A stretch of 48,721 nt of DNA, taken from positions 1 to 48,721 of the forward strand of contig CAYFKO010000001.1 of NCBI GenBank assembly GCA_964343765.1, read 5' to 3'. Positions 33,579-42,815 of the stretch are shown piece by piece. Position 1 is the stretch's first letter; the number at the start of each line of letters is the position of its first letter. The position numbers and the translations under genes are program-made. The notes under the pieces are model-generated. The model did not search any database and was not told the origin of the DNA. It was given only the letters and a program-made list of their open reading frames with translations. This DNA comes from an uncultured Polynucleobacter sp. (lineage in GTDB: Bacteria > Pseudomonadota > Gammaproteobacteria > Burkholderiales > Burkholderiaceae).

Positions 33579-34934
33579 TTAGTTACCAATTGGATCTTTG
33601 CCAGAAGCAGCTAATAAACCCGCATGCGCTTGAGCTAAATTGCTGTCTGAAATTGCCAATTGAATTTGCAATCCTCTCAATTGATTTTGAGCTAACAATA
33701 AGTCATTAAATCCCTGCCCATTATTGGCATATGCATTTAAAGCAACCTTATAAGCGGCAGTTGCTTCCGGAATTTGACGATCTCTTAAAAAAAGAACTTG
33801 GTTTTTAGCTTGTTCATATATTGCATAAGCACTTCCTACACCCAACAACACCTGTTGCTTAACAGCGATGTCATTTGCCTCATAGGCATTTCTATTTCTC
33901 GCTGCTTGCTCAACCCCATGACGCTCCTTCATAAAGAAATACAATGGGATTACTACGTCAAACTCAATCTGGTAACTACTTGCCGTGACACCTCCCGTAA
34001 AAGGTCCACGGGTAGTATTTGAGGAAGCAATCACCTGAAAGTCAGGCAAATAAGCCATCTTCGCCAAGGTCAATTGTTTTCTGGCAGCATCTAATTGCAA
34101 CTGCGAACTCTTTAAGCTCGGATGATTTGATTCCGCAAAGCTTTCTAATTCGATTAAAGTCGGAGCACTTAAATTCTTAAACTCTGGCTCTGAACGTAAA
34201 AGAATTTTTTCCCTTGGGTCACGACCAATCAATGTATTAATAGTTCGAAGTGCCACATCAATTTGCTTTTCCAAGGCGAATTTATCTGCCTCTGCTGCGC
34301 TCTGTGCCACCTGCGCATTTAAATACTCAGAATAAGCTGCCGCATTATTCGCATAACGCGCTTTGGTTAAATTCTTAATCATCTCTAAACGAAGAATGGC
34401 TTCTTTTAAAGACAGCAGCTGCTTCTGAGCAGAAATAGTTCCGTAATAAGATGCGGCCAATTGACTTGCGAGTTGTAACGCTGAATTTTCATTTTGCGCC
34501 AAAATGGATTCCGCTACTTTATCTGCGGCATCTGCCGCAATGGTCTTCTTGCCAGGAAATGGGAACGATTGCGTGAATGAGTAAATCCCTGTTTCGGCAA
34601 GACCTAAACCTAAAGGCGAATTAGTTGGCGTATTCGCCCAAACAAAACCAATCTGCGGATTATTTGGCGCCCTGATTTGTGGCGGTATAGCTTTGGCAGA
34701 TAAATAATTCTCACGTAACTGTCGGAGCTGAGGATTATTCGCTTTTGCTTCATTCCATAATCCGATTAAATCCAACGGAGTATCTGTATTAACAGTTTTT
34801 GCTTCTGTCTTTTTATCCGCTTTTTTGGATCCACTGGATTGAGCAAAAACCCCATTTGCAAAAATTAGGGTAGCCACTGCCACAAACGCTACTAACGTAT
34901 TTTTTAAACTAGGCGGGCTATAAATTAAACGCAA
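33579..34934 (-). CDS. TolC-family outer membrane factor, CzcC-like
   Basis: Signal peptide, NNP.L, Q.FPFPGK, HP.L...A..AYLPDF and two outer-membrane-efflux-protein repeats; TTG start with a GGAG SD. Confidence 0.9.
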   Translation of the reverse strand: MRLIYSPPSLKNTLVAFVAVATLIFANGVFAQSSGSKKADKKTEAKTVNTDTPLDLIGLWNEAKANNPQLRQLRENYLSAKAIPPQIRAPNNPQIGFVWANTPTNSPLGLGLAETGIYSFTQSFPFPGKKTIAADAADKVAESILAQNENSALQLASQLAASYYGTISAQKQLLSLKEAILRLEMIKNLTKARYANNAAAYSEYLNAQVAQSAAEADKFALEKQIDVALRTINTLIGRDPREKILLRSEPEFKNLSAPTLIELESFAESNHPSLKSSQLQLDAARKQLTLAKMAYLPDFQVIASSNTTRGPFTGGVTASSYQIEFDVVIPLYFFMKERHGVEQAARNRNAYEANDIAVKQQVLLGVGSAYAIYEQAKNQVLFLRDRQIPEATAAYKVALNAYANNGQGFNDLLLAQNQLRGLQIQLAISDSNLAQAHAGLLAASGKDPIGN

Positions 34935-35028
34935 ACAGTCTCCACTGGATTCAAATGATTGAATTTCAAGGAATTCTAATCGATTTCAGTTAAAAAATGC
35001 CATTAAATCAGAGCTTAACCATTAATTA

Positions 35029-36456
35029 TTAATATTCTGCATGCAGTCTGACCCCAAAAAAGTTGGCGGGACCACGATCTGCGTTATAGGCTGGGTTTTG
35101 AATCCTCTGGTAATTGGCACTCAACCAGATGTTTTTATAAGCACCCCAACTGTAATAAGTCTCAAAAATACGCTCTGGGGCATAGTTGATCGAAGCACCA
35201 CTTACGGGGTCATAGTCACCAATAAAAAAGGAAACCCCTCCGGCTTGTAAGTACGATTTTCTAGCATCCGATAAACCGTTTTGAAGGTATGAAATACCAA
35301 ATGCGTCCCTTGGTCTAGACCAAGCACGTCCATCGACACTTAAACCGACAGCAATCGAATTATCCGCCTCGGTAAATGCCAATGTTTCAGTCTGCCCATC
35401 TGAAACCATTCCTCGAAAATATACTCCGACATTTGAGCTAATTTTTTGCTCAAGATTAAGACCTATACCCATTTTGACTTGCTCGCCATAACGTGTATTG
35501 AGAATTGCTTGAGAACCAACCGCACTGGGATTTGCTACTAAATATGCCGTGGCATCATCGTAACGCGACATAATTTGGCGATTACGGTATGCCAATATCC
35601 TTACTTTACCGGGCAGATTATTGAGAGTGTGCGCTCGTTCTACCTCAAATGTATCTCCGTAATGCGTCCCCAACTGACTATCAACCACCAATTCATTTGG
35701 GGTTCTTGGAACTGATAATCGAACCAAACGAAAAGCCCAATTGTCGACATACCACTCTACCCCTGCACCCCATCCAAAGCCTCTCGCATCAGCAGCATAG
35801 TCGAAGGCTGAATACGTCATGTTGCCCCAATTTAAAAATTGAGTTCTAGGATCCTTAGCGTAAGCATTGTCATCAACAATATCCAGTAATGAAAAATTAC
35901 CCACGGTGAATACCAGACGATTACTCGAGACCAACATCGGAAACTGATTAGCCTCCTCATCGAGTTTTTGTACATCCCCCGTTAAATTTGCCGTATGTCG
36001 AATGAATAATCGTTGACGATATAACTTGAGGTCTGGGCCTTGGGCTCGCGTTGCCTCTCCATTACTGAAGCCACCTAAACCATTTAGATTTGAAAAAGGC
36101 ACCCCAGATACACCCTCGATATTAAGAAAGACTTCGGTATTTTTGGCAATTTTCCAACCAGCATGGGCAGTACTCGTCCACGTGTACCCGGTCTCATACC
36201 CCGGCTGCAAACTATTCATCCCACTGTAGCTTGCCGACATGCCTGGTTTGCTCTGCCCAATAAACGTTGTTTGGTAAAAAATATTAAAACGCTTAGCCTC
36301 TTCTTCAGGGGTTAATTTATTGTCTGCATTTTCAGAAGGAACACTCAGAACCCCTGACTTTCCAGATGATCCAGAAAATGGGGTTTCTGCAACAGCCTCT
36401 ACACAAGCCATTGAAATTAATACATAAATTATGGTTTCAACTGAAAATTTGCGCAT
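35029..36456 (-). CDS. OprB-family 'carbohydrate' porin, high-affinity Mn2+ porin (MnoP)-like
   Basis: Signal peptide from ATG 36456; motifs Y.G.NSL, GLGGFSNGEA, Y..R.F.R, DPRTQFLNW, DYAADARG..WG, E..AFTE.D and NPAYNADRGP; C-terminal aromatic beta-signal (RLHAEY). The family call comes from recalled motif similarity. Confidence 0.8.
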   Translation of the reverse strand: MRKFSVETIIYVLISMACVEAVAETPFSGSSGKSGVLSVPSENADNKLTPEEEAKRFNIFYQTTFIGQSKPGMSASYSGMNSLQPGYETGYTWTSTAHAGWKIAKNTEVFLNIEGVSGVPFSNLNGLGGFSNGEATRAQGPDLKLYRQRLFIRHTANLTGDVQKLDEEANQFPMLVSSNRLVFTVGNFSLLDIVDDNAYAKDPRTQFLNWGNMTYSAFDYAADARGFGWGAGVEWYVDNWAFRLVRLSVPRTPNELVVDSQLGTHYGDTFEVERAHTLNNLPGKVRILAYRNRQIMSRYDDATAYLVANPSAVGSQAILNTRYGEQVKMGIGLNLEQKISSNVGVYFRGMVSDGQTETLAFTEADNSIAVGLSVDGRAWSRPRDAFGISYLQNGLSDARKSYLQAGGVSFFIGDYDPVSGASINYAPERIFETYYSWGAYKNIWLSANYQRIQNPAYNADRGPANFFGVRLHAEY

Positions 36457-36487
36457 GAAAACAGCCCTTGCTGTGGGCAAATATTGA

Positions 36488-36521
36488 ATAATATGACGCT
36501 ATTATGAAGCTTTTATGAATT
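36488..36521 (-). promoter_or_regulatory. PhoB/OmpR-type direct-repeat box plus -10 element upstream of the porin
   Basis: Minus strand reads AATTCAT-AAAA-GCTTCAT-AATAGCGTCA-TATTAT. TCATA occurs three times at exact 11-bp spacing, with 10 nt from the second half-site to TATTAT. Confidence 0.55.
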
Positions 36522-37151
36522 GACTTGGCGCCTATCCATCATGGCACGCGCTAGAGTGCCGGCATCAACGTACTCAAGCTCCCCTCCAACTGGAACACCC
36601 CTAGCAATTCTGGTAACTGCAATACCCTTGGCTTTTAAAACCTCACCAATATAGTGGGCGGTTGCCTCACCTTCACTAGTAAAGTTCGTTGCCAAAATGA
36701 CTTCTTTGACCAGATTGCCATGACCATCATCTTCTACACGAGCAAGCAATTTATCAAAATGGATTTCATTAGGACCTAATCCATCAAGTGGGGATAAACG
36801 TCCCATCAACACAAAATACTGCCCTTTGAACGAGAGAGTCTGTTCAACCATTAATTGATCAGCAGGCGTCTCTACGACACACAAAAGTCCTGCATCGCGT
36901 CGCTCATCTGCACATGTCTGACAAATATCCGCCTCAGAAAATGTATTACACCTTGAGCAATGATGCACATTCTCAGATGCCTCCTGCAGTGCAATGCCAA
37001 GAGTTTGAGCTCCGCTGCGATCATGTTGCAACAAGTGGTAAGCCATCCGCTGAGCAGACTTTGGGCCTACACCTGGAAGAATTTTTAATGCGGCAATCAG
37101 ACGCTGTAAGGCATCTTGCGGCCCAGGCTCTTGGCGACTGATCTTCTTCAT
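36513..37151 (-). CDS. recR: Recombination mediator RecR
   Basis: [13 protein letters not shown]...E..IC..C zinc finger, [15 protein letters not shown]...EGEATA and [14 protein letters not shown] motifs. Confidence 0.97.
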   Translation of the reverse strand: MKKISRQEPGPQDALQRLIAALKILPGVGPKSAQRMAYHLLQHDRSGAQTLGIALQEASENVHHCSRCNTFSEADICQTCADERRDAGLLCVVETPADQLMVEQTLSFKGQYFVLMGRLSPLDGLGPNEIHFDKLLARVEDDGHGNLVKEVILATNFTSEGEATAHYIGEVLKAKGIAVTRIARGVPVGGELEYVDAGTLARAMMDRRQVNS

Positions 37152-37159
37152 TGAATGAT

Positions 37160-37483
37160 TTAGAACGGTAATTTAAAACCGGGGGGCATAGGCATGCCAG
37201 ACGTCGCACCCGCCATACGTTGCTCAGTCGCTGCTTCAGCCTGCTTGAAAGCATCAGCACAAGCAATCACTAATAAGTCCTCTAACATTTCTTTATCATC
37301 CATCGCCGCTGGATCAATCTCAACACGTTTCACCGCGAACTTTCCTGACATAGTGACTTTCACCATTCCAGAGCCTGCTTGACCAACCAACTCTAGCGAC
37401 GCTAATTCTTCTTGCGCCCGCTTCATCTTTTCTTGCATTTGCTGCGCCTGTTTCATCAAGCCCGCAATTTGACCCTTCATCAT
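37160..37483 (-). CDS. ybaB: YbaB/EbfC nucleoid-associated protein
   Basis: [16 protein letters not shown] and D.EMLEDL motifs; position between dnaX and recR. Confidence 0.95.
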   Translation of the reverse strand: MMKGQIAGLMKQAQQMQEKMKRAQEELASLELVGQAGSGMVKVTMSGKFAVKRVEIDPAAMDDKEMLEDLLVIACADAFKQAEAATEQRMAGATSGMPMPPGFKLPF

Positions 37484-37509
37484 TCCTATATCCCCTTCTA
37501 AAAACCGAT

Positions 37510-39204
37510 TTAAATTGGACGCTCAGAACCCGGAATTACCCGCGCCCCAATTTGTGACTCCAACTGCTTAACTAATGGACTCGTTGCAATTTTCTTCTGC
37601 GCCTCTTCTTGAAGCTCTTGCTTTTCTTGCGCCTTAGCAACTGCTACCGTCTTTTGAGCCTCACCTGCTTCAACTTTTAACTTAACAGGCTTTCCAATCT
37701 GCTGCTCAATCATCGCTCGCAAACGCGCCACTGCATCTTCAGTGGCAATCTGTGGCATCGATGTAATGACATCCACCTGAACATGAGCCCCCATATCCTG
37801 CCAAGATTTTAGTTCGGTTTGGTATGCAAACTGCTGAACCAAGCCACGTAGCGGTAATTGGCGAATCATTACCTGCCAATCTAGAGGCGCCTCAACATTA
37901 CTGGGAAGCTCACGAGGTTCTTGTGCCTGCGCTTGATTCAAGCTTGGAGCAGATTGAGATTTAGACGGGACATTGGCGCTAGCTGCCACTTTAGCAATTG
38001 GGGGCGCTGTTGATGTTGGAGTCTTTGGAGCAACTGATCGGCTACCACCTCCACCACCCGACGATTCAGCAGGCCGAAACGCCAACATTCTCAATAAGGT
38101 CATTAAAAAACCAGTCTCTTCGTCTGGCGCCAAATTCAAATCCTGACGACTTACTAAGGCAATTTGATAGTAAAGCTGTACCTGCTCTTTACTTATTAAC
38201 TTAGCAAAACGACGAATACTCTCTGCATCAGTCCACTCATCTAAAACAGACCCTGGAATCACTTGCTCCATCGCTATCTTTTGTAGCAACGATGCTAGAT
38301 CTTGCAAGGCTAAACCAAATGACATGCTCGACACACCCATCTCCGAGGCCAACGCCAGAAGATCTTTGCCGTCATCATTGACTAGTCCATCCAATATTCG
38401 AGTCAAATAAGCGTCATCAATCGAGCCAAGCATCGCACGAACCGCTGTTTCACTGATAGATCCTGAAGAATAAGCAATCGCTTGATCGGTTAACGACAAG
38501 GCATCTCGCATAGAGCCCTGAGCTGACTTGGCAATTATCCTTAAAGCATTATCTTCCGCGGATACTCCCTCTTTTTCTAGAGTTCCCTTTAAATGCTCAA
38601 CGATTAAGCTAGGAGGCATTTGTTTTAAATTGAACTGCAGACACCGCGATAAAACCGTCACAGGTATCTTCTGTGGGTCAGTGGTCGCCAAGATAAATTT
38701 AATATGGGGCGGCGGCTCCTCTAAGGTTTTCAACATAGAGTTAAAGGCGTGCGAGGTCAACATATGTACCTCGTCAATCATATAAACCTTAAAGCGGCCA
38801 CTAGAGGGTGCGTAAACAGCTTTTTCAAGCAAAGCTGCCATTTCGTCAACACCTCGATTACTTGCAGCATCCATTTCGACATAATCGACAAAGCGACCTG
38901 CATCAATTTCTCGACAAACTGAACACTCACCACATGGCTCAGAAGTCGGTTTGTCGTTTTGACCGTCTTGGCCTATACAGTTCAAAGACTTTGCCAATAT
39001 TCGAGAAATGGTTGTCTTTCCCACCCCCCGCGTTCCTGTAAACAACCATGCATGATGCAGGCGTTGCTGATCAAGCGCATGAGTCAGCGCTTTAACCACA
39101 TGGTCTTGGCCAACTAATTGATGGAAATTCTTAGGCCGCCATTTGCGTGCTAAGGCTAAACCATTCGAATTTTCAGGGGAATTTGGAAATAAAGAATCTG
39201 ACAT
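37510..39204 (-). CDS. dnaX: DNA polymerase III subunit gamma/tau
   Basis: [16 protein letters not shown], zinc-binding cysteines, [22 protein letters not shown] and GSMRDALS motifs. Confidence 0.97.
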   Translation of the reverse strand: MSDSLFPNSPENSNGLALARKWRPKNFHQLVGQDHVVKALTHALDQQRLHHAWLFTGTRGVGKTTISRILAKSLNCIGQDGQNDKPTSEPCGECSVCREIDAGRFVDYVEMDAASNRGVDEMAALLEKAVYAPSSGRFKVYMIDEVHMLTSHAFNSMLKTLEEPPPHIKFILATTDPQKIPVTVLSRCLQFNLKQMPPSLIVEHLKGTLEKEGVSAEDNALRIIAKSAQGSMRDALSLTDQAIAYSSGSISETAVRAMLGSIDDAYLTRILDGLVNDDGKDLLALASEMGVSSMSFGLALQDLASLLQKIAMEQVIPGSVLDEWTDAESIRRFAKLISKEQVQLYYQIALVSRQDLNLAPDEETGFLMTLLRMLAFRPAESSGGGGGSRSVAPKTPTSTAPPIAKVAASANVPSKSQSAPSLNQAQAQEPRELPSNVEAPLDWQVMIRQLPLRGLVQQFAYQTELKSWQDMGAHVQVDVITSMPQIATEDAVARLRAMIEQQIGKPVKLKVEAGEAQKTVAVAKAQEKQELQEEAQKKIATSPLVKQLESQIGARVIPGSERPI

Positions 39205-39241
39205 AACTGAATTCTAGCAAGCATCGGGATACAATACTAAA

Positions 39242-39338
39242 TGACGGGCCTCCCCGCATGTTGGCTTGGCAACCTGGTCAGGTCGGGAACGAAGCAGCCA
39301 AACCCAATCACCAGCAGTGCCGGGGGTAAGGCTCGTCA
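39242..39338 (+). ncRNA. ffs: Signal recognition particle RNA (4.5S)
   Basis: Conserved domain IV core GGTCAGGTCGGGAACGAAGCAGCC; terminal helix TGACGGGCC...GGCTCGTCA; TACAAT -10 at 39230-39235; adjacent to dnaX. Confidence 0.92.
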
Positions 39339-39368
39339 CTTCTAAGAATTGCGTCATTACACCTGTCA

Positions 39369-42300
39369 TTAGACGGCAACTTCGCACAATTGACCATTTC
39401 CATCCACTAGGAATGCCTTAATGGGCTTATCTGAGCGTAATCGCCCAATTATTTTTTTGTAATTCGCTAACTGAGCTCGGTAATTTGCAAACTGCTCACT
39501 AGACTCTTCAGGAATGCTTAATTTGTAGTCCAAAATATATAAGCCCTCTTCTTTCTCGATCAAGCGATCTACTCGAAATAATCGACCGCTTTCATCAATC
39601 AGATCTAATTCATTCCAGGCCTCAAGGACATCCGCAGATCTTATTAAACCCTTCAACTGTTCTGAATTGAGAATATTCAGAGCAATTTGCCTAGCAGCCT
39701 CCACCAAATGACTAGCAATCCCTAAATGCCGAGCTATTGTTTTCGCTGAAGGCAAAGTAAATTCACCAACAATTCTTGGAGAACTAGTGAATCGCTCTAA
39801 GATCAGATGAACCGCGCTACCCAAATCCGCCAATGCTCTCTCATCCAATCCTGCGGATGCACCAGGAACCAATTCCTGCAAATGAACTTGTGCATCACGC
39901 CATTTACCCTGACCAAAATCTGTAAAAATTACCGCTGCGTTCTTTGGGTTCGTGATTGCATTTAAGGATGCTTTTGAAAATAAGCTCTCTACATAATCCT
40001 CTTTAGCAACTGGTAGGCCACTGGCTTTCAAATGAAAATACCAAGAATCCGAAAAACAGTCGCTAGGTTCTTTGGTCGATGGTTTTTTGGCAACACCGCT
40101 GATCACTAGATACTCTTTGGCTCGAGTCATCGCAACATAAAGCAAGTTCCAATCTTCCCTACGAGCAATCAGCTCTTCTTTTTGAATTGAGTCAGTCAAA
40201 TTTCCTGATACATGCCGACTGAGATAGCTCGATACCAAACTTGGGGCAGGATCAACCGGCTCCCAGTCAACAATTAAACCACTACCTGGATTACTCCTGG
40301 CCCGAATATTCGTATCCATCAAAAATACAAAAGGAGCTTCTAAGCCTTTGGCAGAGTGAATCGTCATCAAACGGATTGCCCCAGATTGCCCCAACTCCAT
40401 GTCGCCATCCTCTTGCTGATCATCCTGAGTATCTCCCTCATCGGGGCCCTCATCTTGCTCACCAATTCTCAACTTCCGTAACTCATCAATAAATCGACTT
40501 AACGATGGATATCGACCACCATCAGCATCAAGAGCTAAGCGCAAAAAAGCATCTAAATTAGCCAACACCTTTGGCACTTCAAGTGCCGGGGATCGAGCTG
40601 CATAGCGCCGACGAATATCACCAGAGGCATAGATCTGATCCAACAAATCATGAACCGGCAACCGCAATGCCAAAGACATCCACAACTTAAGCTGCTGAAC
40701 AATCGCTTTTGAATAATCATCTTCCAACCGACACAAAGCAAACCACCAATGCTGATCTCTCGAATGAATCGACAACCTTTGCATATAGTGCTCATCCACC
40801 CCAAATATCGGACTGCGCAGTACTTGAGCAAGCGCCAGATCATTGGTTGGCGTTAGCAACACCTCCAACAACGCCGTTAAATCCTCGCCTTCAAGAGTCT
40901 TTAATAGACCCCCTTGGCGCGGAGTGCTGCAAGGCAAACCTAATTCTCGAAATGCCTGCTCGATTTCTAATAGGTATTGTTTTTTCCTAATCAAGACTAA
41001 GAAATCATCCCACCTAACTTGCCGAAGCGTATTTTTACCTTCTATTTGATCGTGAATTTCTTTCGATTGCTTAAAAGCAATGATCATGCGCCCAATCCGC
41101 AACGCTTCTTCATAATGCTGACGACTACCTTCCACTTTCTTTCGTGGTCGATACGCTTCATCGATTGCATTGCGAGCACCAACCTCAACTTCATCCTCGC
41201 AATAAGGTATTAGAGGCAAACAAATTAGTTCACCCCCCTCCTTCTTGCCAAGATGATTTAACCAATGCGTATCTTGCTTTGGATAAGCGTAAGCAAAATG
41301 GTTTGCCGCATAAGTAAATACTTGATTAACAGCATCACAAACCGCTGGCGCATTTCGACGTGTATTGTCATACAACAAATTATGCGCATTGAATTTACTG
41401 GTTAATAAGTTCTTAACCATCGTAAACAATCTAGCATCAGCCCCGCGGAATCGATAAATCGATTGCTTAGGATCACCAACCATAAAAATGGTAGGCGGAA
41501 TAGCATCAGCGCCATAGCCAGATAACCAACCCTCCAATATCTGCCACTGAAGTGGATTGGTATCTTGAAATTCATCAATCAATATATGTTTAAACTTAGC
41601 ATCTAAACGCGCTTGCAAATACGCTGAAGACAATTCATCTTCCATTAAGCAAGCCGCCTGCCACTCAATGTCTGAGAAATCTTGAACTCTCATAGCTTCT
41701 TTTGCCTGAGCATAATGAATCAACATCGAGTTAGCTAAAGCGATCCAAGACTCATTTAATTCGTAAAGGATATTCTGACTATCCCAGTCACATCGCCTCA
41801 TTAAATGTATTGCCCACTCTTTGCGAACCTGAATAAGCTCATCGACAGTAATCTTAGAGCCAAGTTGCAAAGCATCCACTAGGCCATTGGTCGGATTAGC
41901 GACAACTGCCAACTCTTTCATATCGCCAGTTAAAAATCCAGGTCGTAGAGCCACAAATACGTTATTCAGGTCAGCACCAGAGTCAATGAGCTCTAAACCA
42001 GCCAAGATAGCCAAACCCTGATCTTTCTCTCGAACTCCGCCCTTTTGTAATTCGTTAGCAACAATTCGCAAACGGTGTAACTCTTGTTTATCCTTTAATA
42101 CAGCTTCCAATGGATCTGGCAATCCAATCATTGGCAATTTGCGTTTCAAAATCTCAAGTGGACTGCTCCCCTCTTTTTCTGAATGCTGAACAAAACGCAT
42201 CCATGCCGCTCTCTGCGCTATTAAACCTGATCGCCCAGTCAAGATTTCCTGTATGGACTTAAATGACATCCTCTGTAGAAGTCTTTCAAAATGAGCTTTT

Positions 42301-42815
42301 AGTGGCGCAAATTCACCTTGACCTCGACCCAGCAATGCCCACCACTCCGATAGAGATTCTTCAAGTAAGCGCTTGAAATCTTCCCTCAGTTTGGCACCTT
42401 GCACTACACCTCCATGAATTGGTGCAGCTTGATTAATTCGTCCAAACCACCCATGAAAGGTGTCAATTGTGATTTTTCTGGGAGATGCCATGACCACTTC
42501 GGCTAAATCACGTGCTTTTGGCATCAAGGCTTCAGCTTCTTCCGAACTTAAACCACGATCCACTAAAGCGCGCTTTAAACCTTCATCATCCATCAGACGA
42601 AATTCATTCAACAAGGTCTCAAGTCGAATACCCATCTCTTGAGCCGCCTTTCGAGTAAAGGTAATCGCCAATATCTCATGCGGCTTTACCCCAGCGAGCA
42701 ACAGACGCACAATTCGTGAGACCAACAACCATGTCTTCCCACTTCCGGCACACGCCTCTACGACAACTGATCTTTTGGGATCGCATGCTTGTTGAATTAG
42801 ATTGCTGGAGCTCAT
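39369..42815 (-). CDS. addA: AddA-type UvrD helicase/nuclease subunit
   Basis: ACAGSGKT, AITFT.KAA.EM, TFH, IDEFQDT, VGDPKQSIYRFRGA, MTIHSAKGLE and LYVAMTRA motifs; C-terminal RecB-like nuclease (RVDRL..ILDYK); ATG 42815 overlaps the addB stop. Confidence 0.9.
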   Translation of the reverse strand: MSSSNLIQQACDPKRSVVVEACAGSGKTWLLVSRIVRLLLAGVKPHEILAITFTRKAAQEMGIRLETLLNEFRLMDDEGLKRALVDRGLSSEEAEALMPKARDLAEVVMASPRKITIDTFHGWFGRINQAAPIHGGVVQGAKLREDFKRLLEESLSEWWALLGRGQGEFAPLKAHFERLLQRMSFKSIQEILTGRSGLIAQRAAWMRFVQHSEKEGSSPLEILKRKLPMIGLPDPLEAVLKDKQELHRLRIVANELQKGGVREKDQGLAILAGLELIDSGADLNNVFVALRPGFLTGDMKELAVVANPTNGLVDALQLGSKITVDELIQVRKEWAIHLMRRCDWDSQNILYELNESWIALANSMLIHYAQAKEAMRVQDFSDIEWQAACLMEDELSSAYLQARLDAKFKHILIDEFQDTNPLQWQILEGWLSGYGADAIPPTIFMVGDPKQSIYRFRGADARLFTMVKNLLTSKFNAHNLLYDNTRRNAPAVCDAVNQVFTYAANHFAYAYPKQDTHWLNHLGKKEGGELICLPLIPYCEDEVEVGARNAIDEAYRPRKKVEGSRQHYEEALRIGRMIIAFKQSKEIHDQIEGKNTLRQVRWDDFLVLIRKKQYLLEIEQAFRELGLPCSTPRQGGLLKTLEGEDLTALLEVLLTPTNDLALAQVLRSPIFGVDEHYMQRLSIHSRDQHWWFALCRLEDDYSKAIVQQLKLWMSLALRLPVHDLLDQIYASGDIRRRYAARSPALEVPKVLANLDAFLRLALDADGGRYPSLSRFIDELRKLRIGEQDEGPDEGDTQDDQQEDGDMELGQSGAIRLMTIHSAKGLEAPFVFLMDTNIRARSNPGSGLIVDWEPVDPAPSLVSSYLSRHVSGNLTDSIQKEELIARREDWNLLYVAMTRAKEYLVISGVAKKPSTKEPSDCFSDSWYFHLKASGLPVAKEDYVESLFSKASLNAITNPKNAAVIFTDFGQGKWRDAQVHLQELVPGASAGLDERALADLGSAVHLILERFTSSPRIVGEFTLPSAKTIARHLGIASHLVEAARQIALNILNSEQLKGLIRSADVLEAWNELDLIDESGRLFRVDRLIEKEEGLYILDYKLSIPEESSEQFANYRAQLANYKKIIGRLRSDKPIKAFLVDGNGQLCEVAV

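Noticed and set aside
38571..38577. G-AAA-AAG on the minus strand of dnaX as a frameshift site
   Set aside because: It falls near codon 210, inside the clamp-loader core, too early to yield a functional gamma; it is also not the canonical heptamer.
39351..39371. GTCATTA direct repeat including an exact CTGTCAT (Pho-like)
   Set aside because: The period is 12 bp rather than 11, and it lies between the convergent 3' ends of ffs and addA with no gene to drive.
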